A stretch of DNA of 64,000 nt from Raillietiella orientalis (taxonomy: Eukaryota), in contig JAYWIR010000001.1 of NCBI GenBank assembly GCA_036172245.1, positions 10,850,001 through 10,914,000 on the forward strand, given 5' to 3'. Shown here piece by piece: positions 12,701-25,092 of the stretch. Each line of letters opens with the position of its first letter. Positions within the stretch are counted from its first letter, which is position 1. The notes beneath the pieces were generated by a model that was given only the letters and a program-made list of their open reading frames with translations, ran no database searches and had not been told where the DNA came from. Made by a program: the position numbers and the translations under genes.

Positions 12701-15700
12701 TCGTCACGAATTATCATCACTGCTTGGTCCAGTTCGTGCGTTTTCGTCACGTGCCTATCGCATCCGAAATGATACGTGCGGCTCGCGGTCACGGTGTCCT
12801 CGCGACCATTCCGGCAGTTGGCCTGTGCTTGTTTTGGTCACACTCGCGTTGCAGGGAAACGTCCTCCATCCTCCTTTTGTCTTCCGCCCGGATCGAAGTC
12901 TCTGCGTCCGCGCATGGCCGTTGAGTCGCGCCGTTATGGATGCCGCGTTTTTCCTCCTTCCGATCTTCACATCTCGGCGCCCCGGCGAATGCCACGCGAG
13001 TGCCTCCTCCTCCTCCTCCTCCTCCTCCTCCTTGCCATCAAGGTGTGCCCGCGCCTCCCGCGGAACGTCCGTTCCGAGGTGCGGTCTTCCTTTGGATCAG
13101 ATCGCACGGAAGAAATGCCATTTCCATGCGTGAAGGGGTTGTGCGGGAGGAGCTTCGAGAAGTGCATGTGCTTTCGTCGCTCCTAGGAGAGATCTCTTCC
13201 GCCACAGTTGAAGGAACAGATGCGCGTACGAAGAGAGAGAGAGAGAGAGAGAGTTGTACACGTTTTTTTCTTCCCCCCCCCCCCTCTCTCTCTCGCCCGC
13301 CGCCGCGCTCGGATCCGTTGCGTCTGAGCAAATTTTCCACACGAAAAGACGGCTGCCGGTCATTTCCACCGTCGGCGTCGAAAGGAAGCTCCGCGCAGCT
13401 ATCCGAGGCGGCGTGTGTGCGTGCTGCCATTTTTTTTTTTTTTTTTTTTCTTTTCCTTTCCTCTCTCTTTCCCCTGGCGAGGCAACATGGCGTGCTTGTC
13501 AGGGGGAGGAATTCCTGACCATGCGGCGAACCGCAAGGTCCGTTCTGGAGCACGGCTGCAAACGAGACTTCCGGCGAGCGGGAAAAGTTTGTCCGCTGGA
13601 AGGTGCACCCCGAGCGACCGGTGCTTTGTGATTTTCCTGGTGCACCACAGGCAGGAGGAACGCCGCCTTCTTCGTTCCACCTAAGTCTCTCGTACTCTTC
13701 TGCGGGGACATCGAAGGCGCCGAGTGATGATCCCGTGCGTGATTGCTCAGCAGAGCGATCCCATAGGAACGGTTTCCTGGCAGTCATCATCCAACGACGT
13801 TGCCACAAGCGTCTGCGAAGTAAACCCCGTTCGGTTGTGGAATTCCGTCGGGCGCGCTAGGTCGGCGCGATTCGCCTATTTTTGACCGAGCGTACTACGA
13901 GGATGCGAGTTGGAGCGTGCGGATGTGGAGGCTGCAGCATCCGGGCGTTCCGTCTGAAAGGCGAAACTTCGCGCATCGCGGAGCTCCCGAGTTTTTTATT
14001 TATTGTTATTATGTGTTTTTTTTTTTTTTTTTTTTTTTTTGGGGGGGGGGGGGGAGGGGTGCGCTGATCTGCGCAAGGTTTTCGTCCGCCGAGATTTCGG
14101 GAACAGAAGAAGGCGGGAGGGTTGAAGGAAAAAAGGCAAGCAGCAGCAGCAGCATCAGACGCGGCGGCGGAGGTGCCGGAGCCTCTTCTGCGCGCGGCGT
14201 GGCCGACCCCGCTGCATCCGACGCGGAGATCCTTTTTTTTTCCGGTCTTTTCCCTGCGCGCGTACACAACTTGGCTCGGTTAGCTTGAGGGAGGGGGGAG
14301 GGAGCGCGCTGCGCCGGCTCCGTCATCCATCCTTCCGTCCTTGCCGCCTTTGCGCACCACTTCCCGCTGTTTCCTCGTATGAAGCTTCGCGCGGCGTTTC
14401 CGGGGAGGCACCAGGCGAACCTCGGGTGGCATGGCTACCGGCGGATGCGTCCAACGTTCCACGAGATGCGACGGGACGCTTCGAAATTCGGAAAACAAAC
14501 GGAGAGAAAGGAAATTGCAGAACGCTCGGGAGCCGAAAATAGAAGGCGCATCCACGGAGTGGGCGGCGTATTGCTAAATCGAATCGGAAAGATCTTCTCC
14601 GTTTATTCGTAACTTTTACCTCTTAGCAACGCCGTGCACACGTCCGCCTTTGCCCCGTCGACTCGTCCCGTGTTCGTTTCGAAACCGCCGCGCTGCTTTC
14701 GGAAAGCGTTCGGTTCGCATTCCGCTCGCCATCGTCCGGACTTTGTCGTCGCATCCTCCGAAACCCCAAAGTCTCGTTTTTTTTCTTTTTCTTTTTTTTT
14801 TTCAAGCGTGCAAGAAGCCAAGCCCCTCACCGCCCACCCCCCCCTCCCTTCCCTCCTCCTGCCCTCTCTCCCCCCTCCAGCATCCTTACCTTTCCCTTTC
14901 GACGTTCGCAAAATTCGCCGCCGAGCAAGGCTCCTTTCCAATACTGTGGTTGTGGTGGTTGCCAGGTGTGGTGCGGTGAAGCTGCCTCGCCCAGGGCCTC
15001 GTGGCCTGCCCTCCCTCCCCCTTCCCTCTCCCCCAGCATTCGATTGGCCTTTTCTCATTTTCGCCTCCCTCCCCCGCCCCCCCCCAAAGCAGCTCCGTCG
15101 AATTTCGCAAGCAGCAGCGGTGAAGGCAGACCGACGACGACGAGGAGGAAAAAGATTTACTGTCTCTACCATCTCATCCGTGTTGCAGAGGCACCTGTCC
15201 AACTGGGAACCTTCCGGCTAATTCGAAACTGTGACATGGAAAAGAAATGCCTGATGTCACTCGCTCCTAGGTTTCCTCGATGCTCCTTTCCTCGCGTGTT
15301 TGCACCATTCTCCCGCGAGTCTGATTTGAATATTCCACAAAGTGAATGCCCACGCGAGCATTTCGGAATTCCAGACAACCAGCATCGGAGGAGGAGGACT
15401 TTTGTAAACACCGGTTGTCTTTTAGCATTCTGCCTCTTTTTTTTTTTTTTTTTGTTTTGTTTTGCTTTGCTTTGCTTTGCTTTTGGGTCTGCTTGCTTTT
15501 GAAACAAGACCGGCGAAATGTCATCGTGTGCGTGCCCGAAGGATCCGTCTTGCCCGTCTCGTTCCCCATTGCTGCTGACGCTGTGTTTCTTTCATTCTTC
15601 CGATGTGACCGTTACCGGGCATCTGCCAAGTGGTGCGTGCGTAACACTTTGATATCCACGCATTTCGCTGCCGGATTCCTCGAACTCCACGGTGATCCGA

Positions 15701-16724
15701 GTGTGCATCTGCGTGCCTGTGTTCTCCTCCTCCTCTCCCCCGCCCCCTGGGGGGGGGGGGGAGGGAAGGGAGAAAGGTGGATGGCTGGCCTTCGACTTCT
15801 TTCGATCGGTGGCCTGCCCTCAGCCACGCTGTTGGCCCACCGTCCGTCCTTTCCTCCTCATTTGTCGTCCGAAAATCGTCTCCATCTGCTCCCTCGGCAG
15901 CAGCCGCAGCAACCAGCCGCTTGTAACACCGTCCGTTGGCGATCTCGCTGGCCGCGCTAGACGTCCAGCGAAGCGAACGCGTGCGCGTGCGCGCTCAGCC
16001 CTCCGCCGGTTCACCCAAGCGCTGCCGTGCCCTCTCAGACAACTAACTGGCGGTCGGTCGCACCGAGACCCCTGTTATCCGAACGTCTCAGGCACACATC
16101 CTCGTGTCGCTCCACCCCTGACCTAGAAGGTATTTATTATCCATTCATTTCCCAGCATGCTCTCCTCTATCGTGGGTTCAGGGAAAGCGAAACGAAATGG
16201 CCCCGCATACCCCGAGAGGTGCACGTCGTAGCTCCCGCTCCTGGTCCGTCTCGGCAGCGGCGTCGCCCTCGCGCGCCTCCTGGCGCGTCCGCCGCAACTT
16301 GAACTTCACCTCGCGCGCGTGGTGCTTTCACGTGTTTTTTGCCCCGCACCCGGAAACGGATTCCAGCGCCGCCGCCTCGTCGTCGGTAGCGCCGAACACA
16401 TTCCGGAAAACAAATCTGTTGCGCGGAAACAATGGCGCGGGCCCCGCAGCCGAGTCGCGAGGCACGGCTGGCGCGGGGCGGTCGTCGCCTCCTCCTGCCT
16501 TCAGCTCCAGGTGTGGACTCTGGACGGAAGCTCTCTCTCTCACTCGCTGCGTTCCTCCGGTGGTCGGCGGTGCACCCGGGTCCCGGCTCTCGCGGCTTGC
16601 ACTCCCGGCCTCTTGTCGGCTTTCGGGACCGCAAACTTCCGGGTGCTTTCCGCTCCGGCCCTGTTCCTGTCTCGCGCGGCGGCGGCGGAGGCCGTCGGAG
16701 TATCCGCTCGCGATCGGATCGCCG

Positions 16725-16725
<1 letters not shown>

Positions 16726-16774
<49 letters not shown>
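16726..16774. repeat. (CA)n microsatellite
   Basis: Uninterrupted CA run. Confidence 0.95.
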
Positions 16775-16777
<3 letters not shown>

Positions 16778-17060
16778 GGAGGTGTCGGCGTTCGAAGCTT
16801 CGCCGTTGCCTCGGCTGCCACTTCCACCCTTCGCCCCGGGTCTTCCAGGGGAAACAACCAAGCAGACGCGCGGAGGGGGGAGGGGAAGAAGGGAGGAGAC
16901 ATCCCTGCATCCAACCTTCTTGGATTTTTGCGATTTTCGACTTCTCACGGGGTTCGCCATTGGCGTTGCTGGTCGGCGCTTTTCTTCCAAGATCGTCGTG
17001 ATGAAAGGGACAGAGAAAATGAGCTGCTTTGCTGCTCTTTCTTTTTTTTCTTTCTTTCTT

Positions 17061-17094
<34 letters not shown>

Positions 17095-19017
17095 ACAGGA
17101 AATCTCCAAGTTCGGCACCTATTTTTCAAGAGGTCGGCCATGTCGACCGCGTGACCGCCAAAGGAAGCCCGTGCGCCTTCTGCAAAAAGCAAGGGGGCTC
17201 CCTGCCAGTTGCTGTGGTTGTTGCTGTTGGTGGTTTACCCACAGTTTCTGTGCGTGGGCTCTGCGTGCACGCGCCATCGCACTCGCACGCGCGGAAGCAG
17301 CGGCTCGGGGCGCATGCGCTCGTTCGTTGGCATCTCCAGAATTCCATTGGAGCTCGCCGCGCGCGCGAGGTGTGAGCCCTTGATCGCCGCGCGCGCGCGC
17401 ACATCAACGTGGTGCAACGTGTGACCTCCCCTCTCCTGACGAGGTGGTGGTGATTCTGCGCGCCGATCGTGCGTGCAGGGAAGGTGCATCCTGTCTGATG
17501 CGAAAGGCAGCTTCTCTCTCTCTGAGAGAGAGAGAGAGAGAGAGAAAGAGATCTTTCCCTCCCACCGCGCAGGGAGCGAGAGCGGCCCCTCTGGCACTGC
17601 GGTTTTTGGCGTCGTCTGCGCCTCCTTTTTTTAGATTGTCTTCGCCCTCTCGCTGCTCCGCGGAAGGTCGCGAATTCTTCGCGCGCAGCTCTGGGTTTCC
17701 CCGCTCTGCGTATACGGCTGGCATCCGCCCCCGTGCTCGGACGCTTTGCCTCGCGAGTGGTGGCGCGCGCGCGTCCTCACGCGGTGGTCTGCCCGCAGGG
17801 TAGGAGGAAGGGGAAAGACGCGAGGCGTCGAGCGCGCGCGATGCTCCCGGGAGGAGGGGGGTCCCCAGAGTTTTTCCTGGTTCTACTTCCGTTGGCGGCG
17901 GCGCTTCTCGCGAGCGCAGTGGCGTTCCCGGCTTCGCCGTTGCCTCAGCTGCCATTTCCGTCTTTCTTTTTCAAGTCTTCCAGGGTAAGAGAGGGGGTAA
18001 GCATCGCTGCCGCTCGCTCTTTGTCCCTTCCTCTACTTTTGCCGGTTTTCTCAGCATCCGCGATCTCGAGAGCGTCGGATCCGCCTTGGCCTCCCTCCCC
18101 TTTCTCTGGCCTTCGATGTCTGATACTCCCGTGACGCTTCCGTGACGTTGGCCCGGCCATGCTGAGGTCAGCACGCTTGCGCCCCTCCGAAGCGCCTGAC
18201 GGAAAGCGGGCGGGATGGTCGTCAGCTAGCTCACCTGCCTTCCATCCCCGAGGGCGTGGCCGCTGCCTTAGCTTCGAGTCGGTTGCGTTGGAGCGCGCGC
18301 ATCTCGAACGCTCTCGGCGGCGCCTGCGCTTCCCGAGCTGGGCGTGCGCGTTCCTCGCGACGGGCGGGGTATTCCGGGGGCGTTTCCGGAGCGGTCGCCT
18401 CGCTCCGCGAGCCTTTCCGCCACCGCCCCCGCTGCCGGAAGCTTTCGCACTCTCTCACGCCGCGCTGATTCCGTAGGTGGCGCGCGCGGAGGACGGCCCG
18501 AATGCTCACTGGCGGCAGGCACCAAAAGGTCCCAGGCCGCGCGGCGGATTTTAGCCGTTCAGGCTCCCTCACCCCCCTCCCATCGAGTGTGGTTGATGTG
18601 CGGGGAGGGAGGAAGAGGGGGGAGGGATGCTGGCCCACCACTTTGCCGTCCGCATCCGGGTTTCGGACTCCGTGTTTCGCCGCGATCCCTGCCTAGTCTA
18701 CATCCCTGTCCGCACGCTCCTGCTCACTGGAGTGGGGTATGTGAGGGGGTGGGGTGGAGGAGAGCGCTGAAGAAGTCTCCAGAATCTATGCCGAAAGGAG
18801 CGGCAGAAGCCCCGAAGAGAGGCGAAGCTAGCTTTTGTCTTCAGGATCCCCGGAAACCTCTTCCGAGGTTGCGGGAAAGACGAGCTGAGGAGCTTCCTCT
18901 TCTGGATCATGGTCTTCCTTTTTGGGGATTGAACCTCGCCCCTTCTTAATCCCCTGCCATTTCTTCGATGGACTGGGTCGACTTTGCGGAGCCGAACCGG
19001 TTTCCTGGCGCGTCTCC

Positions 19018-19260
19018 ATCTCCTCTTCCTCCTCTTCCTTCTTTCACTTCTCTTCCTCCTCCTCTTCCTCTTTCCTTTATCCCCTTCTTCCTCTTTCACT
19101 TTACGTGTTCCTCCTACTCTTTTCTTCTTCTACCCCTTCGTCCTCTTCCTCTTTTCTCCATTCCTCCTCTTCCCTCCATCCTCTTCCTCTTTTACTTTAT
19201 GTCCTCCTCCTCCTCCTCCTCTTTCTCTTGCTCGTCCCTCTCTGGTTTTATTCTTTCCTT
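19018..19260. repeat. Polypyrimidine (CT-rich) low-complexity tract
   Basis: About 240 nt of almost only C/T on the plus strand. Confidence 0.85.
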
Positions 19261-21049
19261 TTGTTTCCCTCGTTCTCTCCCCCGAGCAGCAGGAGGTCTT
19301 CGGAAGCCGCCGCTTGCCCTCGCCGCCCAAGGCGACGTGGCGACGCCATCTCCCGCCCGTCTTCAGCGCCGCCTCGCCGCCCCTTCCTCTGCTCTGGTCC
19401 GGCGGCAGCGCTTCCCTCCCTCGCTCAGCTTGCCCCCCCCCCCCCCCCCACTTCCACCCTCTTCTCAAAGAGACCGGGTGAGACCGCCGTAGGGCTCTTC
19501 CGCGCGCTCCGGGGACGCCTGGACTCCTCTGCCTCCGAACCAGGCGGGCGACCTTCCCTTTCTCTTCCCTCTCCTCCTCCCCGCGTCTCCGGGTATGCGC
19601 AGGAGCCGCACGCTATCGAACCGGAGGTGGCGGGGAGCTCAGCTACCTTGACCCCCTCCTCCTTGCGTGCACCTCCGGTGGTCGAGGCCGGTCACATTCC
19701 TTTCTTCTACGGCGGGGGCGCTGCTGGCGCACCCCAGAATCGGCGGACAGCCTCGAGAGGCCTGCGCAGCGCTGGCCTCGGTGCTTCGAGGTGCTCTCTC
19801 GAGGAAGACGAAAACGAGGCGGGAGATTGGCGTCCCTTCCCTTCTCCCGCCTCTCTCCTCCGCTTCCTCCTGGCACTCCCACTACCCCCCCTTCTTTACG
19901 GAGGGGCGAAGCCAACTCGACCCACCTAGCACTCCCTTCCCCCCCCTACTTCGCTCCCACCCTTTCGGGTCTCTCGCTTCCTCTTCCCAAAAGGCCGCTG
20001 GCTTGCCTGAGGACAGTCGCCCTGCCGTTCGAAGAGGGACGCCATTCCTTCCTCGGTGCCCTTCCCTTTGTCGCGGCGCAGCGCCTTTCATCGGGAACGG
20101 AAAGAGGGAAGCGTGTCGTACGGGAAGGAAGGGAACGCAGGTCGTGGGGAGCGCCCCTTCGGGTGCAGGAAAAAAAACAGCGCCCAAATGCTGGCACGCG
20201 TGACGCAAAGATGGTCGCCGGGAATCTCGGAGAATGCCGACTGCTGAGGAGAGGGTAGGCATCCCTCCCTTCTCGCGCCGCTCCTCCTCCAAATCTCCTT
20301 CGAGCCGTCTCCCCTGAAACGGGCCCTCGTATCTTCCTGCTTCTCCCTGGGAGCGGAAGGATGGGGGTGAGGGGTTACATTCGGCTCGGAGTTCTCAGCA
20401 TCCCGACCTTCCCCGTCTCCTTTTTCGTCTCCTCATTCCCCCTCGTGAGCTCCCAAAGGATCCGCGCCAGTAGGTCGAAGGTGCGCCATCTCGGCACGCG
20501 AGGAAATCGTGGGGAGAGGATGGGGGGCGGGAGTCCCGCGCTGTCGGGCGATTCTTGTGTGAGGCCTCCATCGAACTTTCTGTCCTGCTCCCCCCCTGCC
20601 CCCGTCGGACCCGGAAAGCACTCACCCGACCACAGGCACCAAGTCCTGCCTTCCGGCGCCGCCACGCTTTCACGAAAAGAAAAAAAAAAAAGCCCTTCGA
20701 CGGCGACTCTCCCCTTCCCTCTCCTGACGCACCCCGAAGGCGACGGCAAACTGCGAGACGGGTAAGAGCTCCAGGGCAGCGCCATCGCTCTTTGACTCTT
20801 CCCCCAACACATTCCGTCTTCACGGTGCAGCCGGGCATGCGGCGGCGCAGGTCGCTCCGGCTCGCCTCAGAAGCTGGAGAGGAGGTCCTGGATTCCTGCT
20901 GCCCATGGGGGCAGCAGCACGGCCGCTCTCCCGGAGGAAGCGGCGGTCAGTGCGCGCGCCCTCGGCCTGTGACCCGCCTCCGCCCCCGCTGAAGGGAGCG
21001 GGAGGACGTGTTCCAGCGCAGCCTGGAGGCAGAACCCGGAAGCATCGAG

Positions 21050-24000
21050 CGGCGGACGCCGCATCGTGCCGGAGGGTGCCGAAGAGCAGTCAGAGGGGGG
21101 AGGAGGATGTCCGTCCGATTCCTCCGTACTGCAAGGGGACGACCTCCGAGGAAGGCGGGTGCTGCCGCTGCCCTTCCCGGCAAACGATCGGTATCACTCC
21201 GTGGCAAGGGGATCCGAGAGATCCCCTTCTCCTCCCTCGCGAGGGATTCCTCGCATGCAGGAAGACGGCAGCATCTCTGGACCGTGCGGAAGCCTTGTTT
21301 CTCCCCGCACCCGGAATAAAAACTGCCCCCTCCCCATAGGGAAGGATCTCCTCTTTTTCACCGTTGCATTCGTGTGCTCGAGTCCGCGGTCTGCAAAACG
21401 CGGACGGCGCCGAGATCAAGTGACCTCTTGACCTAGCCAGGTTCCGCAACCCCAAGAGGAAAACGCCCCAGGCGATTTGTTTTCTCCTTTTTCTCCCAGC
21501 AAATCGCGCGCGCTCTCAGCAGGTTCGAGCCATCGCGGAGGCGGCTGAGGCGCCAGGATCGACATCTCTCTACCTTGGCGACGACGGCTCTTGCCGTCAT
21601 CGAGGGCAGCTGTGCCAGGTCTGTCCTTGGGCGCCGGTTCATTCGGCGGCGGCGATCTGACTGGATGCAGCCTCTCCCAGGTTCTCCATTCCTCTATCTC
21701 CGCCGCCACCAGCGGGTTCCCCCTCGAGGTGGTCCAGGATGCCCCTCCCTCCAGGCCTTCCTGCCACTTCTTTTTCGGGGTTCTTCGTTCGCCTCTTCGT
21801 TGCCGGAAGTTCATCCTCGCCTCACCCTCGTTCAGAAGTAGGAGGGGAGAGCTGTGGGGTTCGCGGCGCCCTTCCCGTCTGTTGGCATCCGACCTCGGGT
21901 GCTCGTCACCCATCCTTCCCCTTCCTACTCCCTTTCCCCGCTCCGCCAATGGCAACCGGCTCCTCCAGGTTGCCATGCGCGGCCGAGCCCTTGGCCGACT
22001 GGGACCCCGTCATTCCTGGAAGCCGCAGAGGGAACCGACGGCGAGGTCCCGCGGGACGAGTTGTGGAGGTGGAGGGGCAAAGGGTCGGTCATTCCCAGGT
22101 CCCCATCCGCGAGACGTGGCATCCAGGGGGAGCGGCGGCGCAGTGACCGTGACCATGGGAACCGGATGGTGAGTCAACTGCCTGGAATCTGGGTTGGGGT
22201 CAACATCGGAATCTCCCGTCCTCTACCCGGAGGACGGGAGCCCGACCGCTCGTGCCAGGAGGCAAAGCGGGCGGGAGGAGGTGGTATCTCGAGCACAGCC
22301 GGTGGAAGCGGCCGCTCCTGGCGGTTGGCTGAGGGAGCACCTCCTTCCGCGCCCGCAGCTTGGGCGGGTCCTGTCCGCTCCCGGAGGTCCGGCCGGCGAG
22401 TGGCTGCTTCGGGCGGCGCCCTCTCCCGTCCCTCCGAACGCCCGGAAGGGAGGGGGAGGAGTGCCAGACGGGAGGCGCGCCGGCGCGGGAGGAAGGGAGC
22501 AGATCCTCCTGCGGAACGAGGTCGCACGTCTTCGGGGGCGGAGGTGCCCGAGGGAGGATGAGGGACATGGACGGATGGTCATTGTCGTCGTCGTCGTCAG
22601 CGAGGTCTCTGGCCTTCGCACTCTCGCAGCACAGCCGTGGACCTACCGCGGGGCGTAGCGGACGCTGCCCCCACCCTCCCTCGCAAACACGCCTCCGGGC
22701 CGGCGGCTCATCTTCAAGATCAGGAATTTGAGGCAGGTGGCCCTCCTGCGGACGTCCACAGGGGCGCATCCATCTCTTCCTGGAGGCCATCGGGGAAAAG
22801 CCGTCCACGAGGTCCAGGCGCAGACCCCTTCCGCCGGCTGGTGGCTGCGGTGTCCCGCATCTCTCGCTGGCTCGTCTCCAGTCGAGGACTGGAGGGCGGT
22901 GTCCCCTCCTTACCCACTCGCTCCTTTCGTCCTCCGGAAGGATGCTGGGCCGTTCCTGCAACCCGTCGAGGTCCCCCCCCTCCAATCTGCAACGGGAGGG
23001 GGAGGAGGAGGAGCCAAGACGTCCCGTCCCGGTTCCCAGTGGGGGAGGCTCCGGACCGAGAATGGCAGCGCCGTTCGTGCTTGCGTGGTCCTCTAGGTGC
23101 GCTGCAGTCGCAGGCCCGCAGTCGCATCCCGCTGGGGCGTCGCTTGAAGACGAGGCGGAGACCCTTCATAACTCCAAGGTCACGACGGAAAGCTCGCCTT
23201 CCTCTTCCTTCTCGGAGCTCCAGGTGGCTCCGTCGCGGAGTCACCTGGCGCTTAGAGACGAGCGCGGAGGAGGGACGGGCGTGCTCCTCTCGCGGAACTG
23301 CAAGCGAACCGGTCAGCGTATGGAGTGCGGGGATTGCCGGAGGGGATGCTGTCAGGACGACGCATTTCGAGCCTTCCAGGAGAGAGCCCCTGAGATCGGC
23401 AGAAGAGGAAGCTGACCTCCGGTGGCTCCAGGGAGGGCGAACGACTCTGTTGGCGCCGCCGTCTCCGTGGCGACGCGTGAGGGAAGCCCTCAGGTTGGTG
23501 AGCGGCGGCGACCCTTCGTGGACTCCGCGCACGCGTGCTCTCCTTGCCTGTAGGCGTCGTCTTGCGCTCTCCCGCGGTGGTGATGGATCTCCCCAGGGGG
23601 TGAAATTTCACTTCTCCCTGAGGGCGAAGAGGACGCGCGCGCGCGAGCTGTGCATTCCGTGATGCTTGCGCAAGACGCGACCACCCCGCCTTAGGGATTT
23701 CGTCTTCCCCGGTGTCAGCTCCTCTCCTCGTGGGCGGCAGCCGCTCGAGGCTTCTCTCGGGCAGTCGCGTGTGCCGGCGCACCCGTCGGTGACACCCTGA
23801 CGTCGTCGGCCCGCCACGTGCGTCACCTTCCGACCACTGCAGCATTCGGACCGTATGCTGCTCGCTGTGGTCTGCAGCCTCCTTCGCTGTCCTTGAGAAG
23901 AGCGCCAGGGCGGTGCCATCGCTCTTCGGCTTTTCTTCCACCTTCTGATCTCGGCACGATGGGAGGATCTCCTCGCACAGATTCCGGCAGAGTTAGAGGA

Positions 24001-24150
24001 GGAGGAGGAATAAAGTGGGGTTCTTGCTGGCGCGACGATCGACAGCTACAATTCCGCGGCCGCCATGTTGTGGCGGCCTGCCAGCCGAAGAGGGTGGGGA
24101 GCCAGTCTTCTCGGGACGCATCCTCTGAGCGGGAGGCAAATCGCTATGGA
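21050..24150 (-). mobile_element. Heavily decayed non-LTR (L1/Tx1-like) ORF2 remnant, endonuclease to RT to zinc finger
   Basis: Frameshifted fragments occur in the expected order: QQEPHFI (~24030, LQETH-like), SDGTALALF (~23910), KGSAPGP/DGF...KRW (~22800, RT start), KTCDLVPQEDLL (~22520, KAFD-like), RCSLS..AVLE (~22330), PKDRPGTAALD (~21620, GGLG-like). Each motif alone is weak, and the boundaries are approximate. Confidence 0.45.
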
Positions 24151-25092
24151 AACTCAGGCCAGAAAAGAACCCTCGGGCTTTCCCCGTATTTATTCTCCCA
24201 CTCAGTTCTTTCGAGAGCGACTTCCAGGATGGCCTGCGGGCTCGGTTCGGGCCGGACCGAAAAAAGCGAGCAGAAAGGGGATCGCCTCTTTCTGTCCCCG
24301 CTGGGACGCCAATAGCTGACTGTCGGAAGCGACCCCGGCGGAGAGGATCGCCTCAGAAATGGGCGAGCACGTCCTCATTCGTTCGGCAACTGTGCCTTTC
24401 CATCGCATCCTCGATGGTGCGGGAACCAAGACACGAGGCGGCGACACCACTGGGAGAGAGAATCGGGACCGAGGAAGGGTAGCGCCAAGCGGGGACGGCA
24501 CCTTCTCTTCTGCGCAGCAAAGTGACCCGCGCGGACCCGAGAAGGTCGTCACTCGGACGAACGGTCAGGGGTCACCACTCGCTCGCCGCCTCGTTGCGCA
24601 ACGGAGAGAAAGGGAACGCCTCATGGAGATAGGGAATACGGAGGAAGTCCACGTGGCGGCTGCGGTAGGAAGAGGACCCGGAAGCGATTCCGTCCTCATG
24701 TCTTCACCGCCTCCACTCACCTTCCCTTCCTTCATCAATCACCAATCTCCACCAGCATCCAAGCATCCCGTTCTCCTCATTCTCTTTCCCCTCCACGATT
24801 GCCTCTACCATCGCCAGCTTCCAGTGACGCCTTCCCCCATTCTCTCTCCCTCAACCAGCAGCTTCCACCAGCAGCTCCCACCACCTCCGTACTTGTTATC
24901 TTATTCCTTTCCTCACCTGCCCCCACAGCCATCCCTTCCTCCCTCCTCCCCCACTTCCACTCTAGCAGCGGGTGCGCAGCAAAGGAAGGGTGAGCGTGGG
25001 GTAAGAGCTCGCCCCCCATTGCAGGTTGCTGCCTCTGGAAGACTGAAAGGGTGGGAAGCCCCTCTCTCCCCTGCGAGTTGTGACCAGCGTCT

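Noticed and set aside
12000-21000. Many long overlapping ORFs
   Set aside because: They are explained by high GC and simple repeats. I found no conserved motifs or consistent exon chain.
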